In this document: piece after piece, positions 27,184-34,045 of the stretch
Numbering within the stretch: the first letter of the stretch is position 1
Layout: each line of letters starts with the position of its first letter
From: a virus
Taxonomy: Duplodnaviria; Caudoviricetes
Reading direction: 5' to 3' (one strand)
IMG/VR virus record: IMGVR_UViG_3300021133_000012
Span: 1 to 39,116 of that record
Length of the DNA: 39,116 bases
Notes under the pieces: generated by a model
What the model saw: the letters and a program-made list of their open reading frames with translations, nothing else
Told to the model about the DNA's origin: nothing
The model's database searches: none
Translations under genes and position numbers: made by a program

Positions 27184-27939
27184 ATGAAAAGTGGGATATA
27201 TAAAATTACAAATATAGTTAATAAAAAATTTTACATTGGGAGTTCGAAGGATATAGAACATAGATTGGAAGAACACAAAAAACATCTTTTTGGTGGGTAT
27301 CATATTAATCCAAAACTTCAAAATGCGTGGAACAAATATGGTCACGATAAATTCCTATTTGAAATAATAGAAGAAACGGAATCAGACCAAAAAATTCTTT
27401 TTGAACGTGAAAATTACTATCTTTCAACATTAAAACCATATGAAAGAAACGTGGGATATAACATTTGCGATAAAGCTGAAGGTGGAGATAATATAACTTA
27501 CAATCCAAATCGTGACCAATTTATAGAAAAAATGAAAATAATAAACTGCGGCGAAAGTAATGGAATGTTTGGTAAAAAACACAAAGATTCCACTATAAAA
27601 GAAATGAAACAAAAATCCATAGGCCGGTTCACTTTAGATTGGTTTATTACAAAATATGGGACAAAAGAAGGTTTAATTGAGTTCAAAAAACGTAATGAAG
27701 TGTTGAGAAATAGAAAAATCAACTATTCACATGATAACGGCATGACAGGTAAAAAGCGTGGTCCTATGAGCGATGAAATCAAACAAAGAATTTCAGAAAG
27801 AAAACATCATCTTAATGAAATTCGTAAAAACTTACATAAAGACATTTTATTGGATATATTTACAATACCACAATTAGAATCCAAATACGGAACTTCAAAA
27901 GCTACAATCCTAAGAGAACGAAGAAAACTGATGAAATGA
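27184..27939 (+). CDS. GIY-YIG homing endonuclease (Seg/I-TevI-like) with NUMOD3-like motifs
   Basis: SGIYKITN...FYIGSS...R..EH, LQNAWNKYG, RENYY, GYN and GESNGMFGKKH. Confidence 0.92.
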   Translation: MKSGIYKITNIVNKKFYIGSSKDIEHRLEEHKKHLFGGYHINPKLQNAWNKYGHDKFLFEIIEETESDQKILFERENYYLSTLKPYERNVGYNICDKAEGGDNITYNPNRDQFIEKMKIINCGESNGMFGKKHKDSTIKEMKQKSIGRFTLDWFITKYGTKEGLIEFKKRNEVLRNRKINYSHDNGMTGKKRGPMSDEIKQRISERKHHLNEIRKNLHKDILLDIFTIPQLESKYGTSKATILRERRKLMK

Positions 27940-27952
27940 CCTAATCGGTGGA

Positions 27953-27960
27953 TATTTATA
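27953..27960 (+). promoter_or_regulatory. Putative late promoter motif TATTTATA
   Basis: 5 nt before ATG 27966. Confidence 0.55.
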
Positions 27961-27965
27961 TCCAT

Positions 27966-28772
27966 ATGATTAAGTTGAAATCTCTTATATCCGAGCTCTA
28001 TCCAAAAACTGCCAAATTCGGATTAGGTACAGTCGATTCCAATGGCGGAGTTCACTTTAAAGAATTTTCAAAAGATTATGTGATGACAATGACTCACGGC
28101 GCCGCTGGGTTGCCTATGTCAAGAAATAGATTTAGATACAATAATGGAAAAGTAGAATGGACGGATAGACCTACCGGAGAAATAAAATCAATAACATCGA
28201 ACTACCTTACTAGAAAGGGATATAACGTAGAATGTAATAAAGGATACTGGGATAACGAGGATTATGATATTCCAGATAGACGTTATGATGATATTGATGA
28301 ATCAGTCACCACCACCAAATTTGTACCACCAAAAGAAAAAGAAAACAGAGAAGGAAGATTCTGGTGGTTGAGTCCTGAAGGTAAGTTCTACGGGGTAACT
28401 CATGAATCTCATATAAATTGGGCAAGGAATTATTTAATTAATAGTTTACATATGTCACCCGAACAGATTGATAGATGGAAAGATGTTCAGAACAATTCAC
28501 AAGGAGAGATAAATACCGACGAAATAAAGTCTTCTCCGTATTACATACTACTCGCTATGGGGTGGCTCAGAGTCGGATTATATGATGATTGGTTAGGTGA
28601 TGGTGATAAAGAAACCATCATAGATTATGATTATAAAAGAGGAGAAAATCCACCGCCATTTATTTTGAAGAAGATAAAAGATTTGGCAATAGAAAAGGGT
28701 ATTAAATGGATGAAACGTGATAGAGAAAGACGAGTCATTAAAATAGACGAAAATTCTTCATATGAGAATTAA
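27966..28772 (+). CDS. Two-domain hypothetical protein with MIKL leader
   Basis: Starts MIKLKSLISE; second domain FWWLSPEGKF...H.NWA...MGWLRV is shared with 29637..30908. Confidence 0.6.
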   Translation: MIKLKSLISELYPKTAKFGLGTVDSNGGVHFKEFSKDYVMTMTHGAAGLPMSRNRFRYNNGKVEWTDRPTGEIKSITSNYLTRKGYNVECNKGYWDNEDYDIPDRRYDDIDESVTTTKFVPPKEKENREGRFWWLSPEGKFYGVTHESHINWARNYLINSLHMSPEQIDRWKDVQNNSQGEINTDEIKSSPYYILLAMGWLRVGLYDDWLGDGDKETIIDYDYKRGENPPPFILKKIKDLAIEKGIKWMKRDRERRVIKIDENSSYEN

Positions 28773-29640
28773 TACAATTTTAGCTTCCGGTATTATACTG
28801 ATAATAATGTGTATCACTTGTTTTTCAGCTACAATGTCTGACGAATCATATATTAAAAAATTATTGGATGACATTCCGGTCGATGGCGGCATTATACTTC
28901 TACCAAATTCTACCATAAACATAACAAGTCCGATTATCATTTATAAGAGTAATATCGCTATAGTAGGTGATACCAACACTATATTCTTATTAAGTAGTAA
29001 TGTAAATTGTCCTGTTATCGTAGTTGGTATACAGGGGTCGGAATGCGTGTCTAACGTCGTATTGATGAATATACAGATAGATGGTAATAGAACCAATCAA
29101 TCAAAGGAACTTTGGAAACTATCACCACTCGGATATCCGATGTATAATAATGGAGTAATAATTCAAAATTCTAAAGATGTATTCATCAATGACGTGACGA
29201 TTCATAATTGTATATCAGGTGGGTTAGTCACCACGTTCGGAGTCTTGAATTTAGTCGTCAGTAATTATGTAGCATTTAACAATCAATTTGATGGCATTGC
29301 ATGTTATCAAACAACCAATTGTTTATTTCAAAATCTATTAATTTTCAATAATCTAGCAGCAGGAATATCATTGGATATGAATTTTACCACAAATATCTTT
29401 GATAATGTGTTGTTAATAAGTAATAATACCGGAATATTTATAAGGGATAGTAACGGTAATATATTCAGTAAAATAAGAATGATAGATAATAAAAGATTTG
29501 ATATATTTATGGTTTCTATAGACAATCGAACAAACACAGGATGCTTATATAATATTTTCGATATAAAAGGAGATGGTATAATAAGAAACAATGATAGTTT
29601 GTGTGTTAGTAATATTTTTAAAAGAAAATTAGGAAAATGA
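28762..29640 (+). CDS. Right-handed parallel beta-helix (pectin lyase-like) protein with N-terminal signal peptide
   Basis: Hydrophobic N-terminus, GG.ILLP, IDGNRTNQ and repeated N/I-rich coils (NNQFDGI, NNLAAGI, NNTGI). Confidence 0.75.
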   Translation: MRINTILASGIILIIMCITCFSATMSDESYIKKLLDDIPVDGGIILLPNSTINITSPIIIYKSNIAIVGDTNTIFLLSSNVNCPVIVVGIQGSECVSNVVLMNIQIDGNRTNQSKELWKLSPLGYPMYNNGVIIQNSKDVFINDVTIHNCISGGLVTTFGVLNLVVSNYVAFNNQFDGIACYQTTNCLFQNLLIFNNLAAGISLDMNFTTNIFDNVLLISNNTGIFIRDSNGNIFSKIRMIDNKRFDIFMVSIDNRTNTGCLYNIFDIKGDGIIRNNDSLCVSNIFKRKLGK

Positions 29641-30908
29641 ATACGACTAAGTTAAAAGAAATATCATATGATACCGACGATGAATATTCATCCGACAGAC
29701 CATATGGCGGTTGGTTAGACCCGAATTTAAAATTTCATGAAGTACGATATGAGGGACATCGTGGTTGGGCTCTTCATTTACTGAGTAAAATGAAAATTCC
29801 TGGGTATCTAAGTTTAGATGCACAGTCAGTTTTATATAAAATGGGATTCATCAGAGTGGTTTTTAGTGGAAATACGATGTATTATAGAAATACATCATGG
29901 AAAGAACCGTTACCAGAACCGACTCAACGACAGATGAAAGCATTAAAAGATTTGGCTACTGAACATGATTGTAAATTTTTAGAAGATTGTGAGACAGGAA
30001 AAACTATAACCGATTTTCTTCAAGAATCCATATTAACTGAACAGGTTGGTTTGAAATTTTGGTGGTTGGGCCCTCATATGAATTTACATCCAGTATCATT
30101 TGAACAACATAGATATTGGGCGGAAGAATATTTAAAGAAAATTGGACGTAAGGTAAATGTAGATTTATCTGACATTTATACTATGATGTATCGATTGGGA
30201 TTTATCAGAGTCGTTAAACAAAAGTGGGGTAATGATACTACGTTAAATTATTCATATGAAAAGGGAACTTCTATTAATTCAAAGAAATTAAAGGCATTGA
30301 ATGACTTAGCCATAGAACAACAGTGTGAATATTTAGTCGATGATACTACAGGACGAGAGACTCAATTATTGGAAGAAATTGTATTGAAATGTGGTATAAA
30401 TGAAGAAATGTCATACGATGAGTTGTTAAGACTCACCACGCCGGAAAGGAAAGAAAAGTCGTCTAACGTGACGGTTCGTTCTTTACCTGTTAGTACCGAT
30501 GGAAATCAAGAACAGTGGAATTTTAGATATAAATCCAGTCCACAGACTACAACTACCAATAAACCATTTAGAGGGTCAATCAAATTTTTAAAGGGGTCGG
30601 TTGGAAATAATGATGACGCATCTAAATTGAAGTGTGAAGTAGATTGTGAATGTGAAGATTTTATGTATAGATTTGCGTATAACGACGCATCTAAGGGAGC
30701 TAGTCACATCGGAACTGATAGTCTAAATGGGTGTCTTAATAGGAGGCCTAAACCCGCATATGACTATGGCGAAGGACTTTGTAAACATTTGGTGGCATTG
30801 GGTAAATTTTTAAAGACTAAAATTGCCTCAACTAAGAAAAGTAACCTATTTGAAGCGATAGGCGATGTGGCTAAACGAGGGGCATTTAATGTAACGTATT
30901 ACGATTAA
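29637..30908 (+). CDS. Multidomain protein: two repeats of an unknown domain plus C-terminal SWIM-type zinc finger
   Basis: GGWLDP..H..WA..MGFIRV and FWWLGP..H..WA..LGFIRV repeats; VDCECEDF...LCKHL. Confidence 0.7.
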   Translation: MNTTKLKEISYDTDDEYSSDRPYGGWLDPNLKFHEVRYEGHRGWALHLLSKMKIPGYLSLDAQSVLYKMGFIRVVFSGNTMYYRNTSWKEPLPEPTQRQMKALKDLATEHDCKFLEDCETGKTITDFLQESILTEQVGLKFWWLGPHMNLHPVSFEQHRYWAEEYLKKIGRKVNVDLSDIYTMMYRLGFIRVVKQKWGNDTTLNYSYEKGTSINSKKLKALNDLAIEQQCEYLVDDTTGRETQLLEEIVLKCGINEEMSYDELLRLTTPERKEKSSNVTVRSLPVSTDGNQEQWNFRYKSSPQTTTTNKPFRGSIKFLKGSVGNNDDASKLKCEVDCECEDFMYRFAYNDASKGASHIGTDSLNGCLNRRPKPAYDYGEGLCKHLVALGKFLKTKIASTKKSNLFEAIGDVAKRGAFNVTYYD

Positions 30909-30923
30909 AGTGTAATACGTTTG

Positions 30924-30931
30924 TATTTATT
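30924..30931 (+). promoter_or_regulatory. Putative late promoter motif TATTTATT
   Basis: 2 nt before ATG 30934 in a 25 nt intergenic gap. Confidence 0.5.
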
Positions 30932-30933
30932 AT

Positions 30934-31257
30934 ATGAATAACAGTTGCGCAATATGGGGTACCGAGAATTTATACTGGAAAGATGTAAATTTTTGGTGGT
31001 CCCGTTGTCCAATTCAACCGAATCCTGTGATTTTACAGCCGGTTGGTGTGGATGCATCACAACTCATTCAACCTTGGAATCCATATAAAACGGTTGAAGG
31101 TGATAAAAAGAAACGATTAATTAAATTAATTTGTAAAATAAAAGGTCAGACGTATGAAGAAGAAAAAGAGATAGGTACGATGAAGGTTTCTATTGATGAT
31201 GTAAAAACGGCGGCAGGAGTTGATATAAATTTGGATGTAAAATTAAAGGAACAATGA
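30934..31257 (+). CDS. Hypothetical protein
   Basis: 107 aa ORF with Trp-rich N-terminus. Confidence 0.6.
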   Translation: MNNSCAIWGTENLYWKDVNFWWSRCPIQPNPVILQPVGVDASQLIQPWNPYKTVEGDKKKRLIKLICKIKGQTYEEEKEIGTMKVSIDDVKTAAGVDINLDVKLKEQ

Positions 31258-31293
31258 TGATATCAGGAATATATAATAAAGGATGGACACGAT

Positions 31294-31878
31294 ATGTATA
31301 AGATTTATGTTGACAAAAATGAGGATTTTGAATGTGAAATTTCTGTGAAGAATGCGACACTTAAAAACTCAATCGCACGAATTATAATAGAGTCGGAAGG
31401 TGTTAATTTTGTTTTCAATGGAAAAATCGACGGCCAAAAATGTGTGGTTCCAATTAAAAGATTAAAGGGGTTTCTTGACGAAAATACCACAGGTAAAATG
31501 CACTTGGAAGTGATTGTAGAAGATACCTACTTTAAACCGTGGGAATCAAATTTCATAGTAGAAGAACATACATCGGTAAAAGTTAGAGTAGATGAACAAA
31601 AATATTCTAATAATAAACCAATTGTAGAGGTAAAATCGGTTATGAAGTCTATAAAAGAAATCAAATCCACACCTACAAAAAAACTAAAATCTATTAATCC
31701 ATTTGTTCCTAAGAAGGAAATTGCATCTATTTGTGAAAAGTTTGGTATTAGAAAATCAAATTTAAAGAAGAAACATAATGATGTAACTCAAATATTAAAA
31801 GAATACTTTAATTCAAACCCAGAATATAAAAATCACATGAGAGTTATTTTAAGTGGAATTGGGGATTTTCTTAGATAA
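31294..31878 (+). CDS. Hypothetical protein
   Basis: 194 aa ORF, AAAGGA upstream, beta-rich N-terminal half. Confidence 0.65.
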   Translation: MYKIYVDKNEDFECEISVKNATLKNSIARIIIESEGVNFVFNGKIDGQKCVVPIKRLKGFLDENTTGKMHLEVIVEDTYFKPWESNFIVEEHTSVKVRVDEQKYSNNKPIVEVKSVMKSIKEIKSTPTKKLKSINPFVPKKEIASICEKFGIRKSNLKKKHNDVTQILKEYFNSNPEYKNHMRVILSGIGDFLR

Positions 31879-31897
31879 TTATGTGTTATAATAAAAT

Positions 31898-34042
31898 ATG
31901 CAATTTCCGTCACAAGATTTAACAAATCAGTACATATCCACTTCCTATCAGAACGTGGTACAGAATTACGTTTCTGGTAATACCGGATACTTCTTAGATG
32001 GATACGGGAATGTAATTTTAAGATTTCCAACATCATCTTTAAGTGGAAGTATCCTTACACAAGACCAAACCGCATCGGTTTCGGTTAGTTCTTCATATTC
32101 AAATATATCGTCGTTGGCATTAGTGGCCGATGTCGCGTTATTAGCTGATACTGCTTCTATTTCCGTGGAGTCGATATCTGCATCACATGCTCATTTTGCC
32201 GATACAGCATCTTATTCTTATACATCATCGTATGAAACAAATATAATCATAAGCAGTAGTCATTCGGATACTGCATCCTATGTTTTAAACGCCGTTAGTT
32301 CATCCACATCGTTAAGTTCAAGTGTTTCTACAGTATCGGGTGGTGGATTATATTATTTTCTTGTAGTTACTGGTTCAGGTAACCAACCAGATTATATTGA
32401 TACCACCGATTTAGTTTATAATCAAGCGACGGGACAAACAATATTTACGTCAGTATCCGCTTCCAGTGTGACTGCATCGTTATCAGGAACCGCAAGTTTT
32501 GCAAAATCAAGTTCCAATGCTCAATCAGCATCCTTTATAACTGGTTCTAATGTTGTTGGAACAGTTTCCAGCGCATCCTATGTTAAGAATGCTGTGAGTG
32601 CATCCTATGTTTTAAACGCCGTTAGTTCATCTTGGTCAACTGTCCAATTACCCGATATAACAGATGTAGTTGGTACTGGTGTTGGTATCAATACTTCAAC
32701 CCCAAGAGGTAAATTGGATTATAATAATACTACAATCTATACCATTGGTGACCCAACCACAATTTCACCATTATTATTCTTCAATTATGGTAGTGGGGCA
32801 TATGGTGCCTATGGTAACTATTATCAATTCAACGTGTATGCTTATTGGGATTCTCCATCTGGCAGAGTATATTCAACTAACCCATTAGTATTCAGTGGAT
32901 ATGACGACAGTAGTACTAATGCATATTATATGACAGCAGGATGGTCACCCGTAGCAAATGCAAGTGGTTATCGAATTGTAGTTGGGGAAGATGACCAATA
33001 TGGAGCATATGGTGATAACTATATTGATACTACACTTACTCATTTTTCCATTGGTCAAGTATCACTTGGATATGAAGATTATAGTAATCAATATTACAAT
33101 TATCTTTCCCCAATGGTTATAACTCCAACCAGCATTACTGGCGGAAGTGAATTATATTTTGATACGAGTGATAATTTAACTATATTATCAAATCAAACTT
33201 GTAACATTTCAAATGGTATGGGTGCATATATGAAGTTTGACGATTATGGCAATGCTCAATTTAAAGCATCCAGTGGGGCACAGTTTACATTGGCAGGAAC
33301 AGGAACAGGATTCATGGCAGATGCTTATGGGTCTTACATGTATTTGAGTAATGACGGTAATTTTAGTGTGGATTCATTCAGTGGGTTCAATGGAACAATG
33401 ACGGTAAATAAAGATTTGAAAGTTAATGGTTATATAAGAATTGACCAGGCACTTGTATTGGCAAGCAAACTATCTATTGGTTATTACCAACCGGGTGATT
33501 ATACATACTTTAATGGATATGATTATAACCTTAGTACACCTGTAGATTTATTATTCCAAGGTAAGAATATTAAGTTCAACGTAAATGAGTCAACGGAATT
33601 ACTACACCTAGATGTAAATGGTAATATGGGTGTTAATAATTCAACACCAAGTCATACATTGGACGTGGTAGGAGATATTAATTTTACCACCAATTTATTA
33701 AAGAATGGTTCTGCTTATATTCCGACTAATGCTGTATCGGCATCCTATATTCTTGGAAGTAATGTTAGTGGAACAGTGGCAAGTTCGAGTTATGCTGCCA
33801 CGGCAAGTTTCACTCCTAATATAAAATCAGGAATCATTGTCAATTCAAGTTTTGGCGGGTCTCCATTATCAGCGTCGGTTAGTGGATTGGGATACTTAAA
33901 TACAAACTATAGTATATTTATACTTGGAGTTGATAGTCGTGCATGGTCATATGGTTCAAAAACATCAAGCAGTTTTGTGATTAATAGTAATTCATCAACC
34001 GCATTGACAGGAGAAACCTCGTGGACGACAATAAAGAATTAA
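31898..34042 (+). CDS. Tail fibre-like structural protein with SASY repeats
   Basis: Many TASY/SASY motifs; GVGINTSTPRGKLD and MGVNNSTPSHTLDVVGDI fibre repeats. Confidence 0.7.
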   Translation: MQFPSQDLTNQYISTSYQNVVQNYVSGNTGYFLDGYGNVILRFPTSSLSGSILTQDQTASVSVSSSYSNISSLALVADVALLADTASISVESISASHAHFADTASYSYTSSYETNIIISSSHSDTASYVLNAVSSSTSLSSSVSTVSGGGLYYFLVVTGSGNQPDYIDTTDLVYNQATGQTIFTSVSASSVTASLSGTASFAKSSSNAQSASFITGSNVVGTVSSASYVKNAVSASYVLNAVSSSWSTVQLPDITDVVGTGVGINTSTPRGKLDYNNTTIYTIGDPTTISPLLFFNYGSGAYGAYGNYYQFNVYAYWDSPSGRVYSTNPLVFSGYDDSSTNAYYMTAGWSPVANASGYRIVVGEDDQYGAYGDNYIDTTLTHFSIGQVSLGYEDYSNQYYNYLSPMVITPTSITGGSELYFDTSDNLTILSNQTCNISNGMGAYMKFDDYGNAQFKASSGAQFTLAGTGTGFMADAYGSYMYLSNDGNFSVDSFSGFNGTMTVNKDLKVNGYIRIDQALVLASKLSIGYYQPGDYTYFNGYDYNLSTPVDLLFQGKNIKFNVNESTELLHLDVNGNMGVNNSTPSHTLDVVGDINFTTNLLKNGSAYIPTNAVSASYILGSNVSGTVASSSYAATASFTPNIKSGIIVNSSFGGSPLSASVSGLGYLNTNYSIFILGVDSRAWSYGSKTSSSFVINSNSSTALTGETSWTTIKN
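32272..32631 (+). repeat. 33-bp perfect direct repeat (32272-32304 and 32599-32631)
   Basis: TGCATCCTATGTTTTAAACGCCGTTAGTTCATC occurs twice, in frame, encoding ASYVLNAVSSS. Confidence 0.9.
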
Positions 34043-34045
34043 TTT

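Noticed and set aside
27054-27947. Possible group I intron carrying the GIY-YIG ORF
   Set aside because: The capsid gene is complete and terminated before it, and the flanks are too short for an intron core, so it is treated as free-standing.
32272-32631. Diversity-generating retroelement template/variable repeat pair
   Set aside because: The copies are identical, short and both in frame, with no adenine-specific mismatches, and no reverse transcriptase lies in the window.
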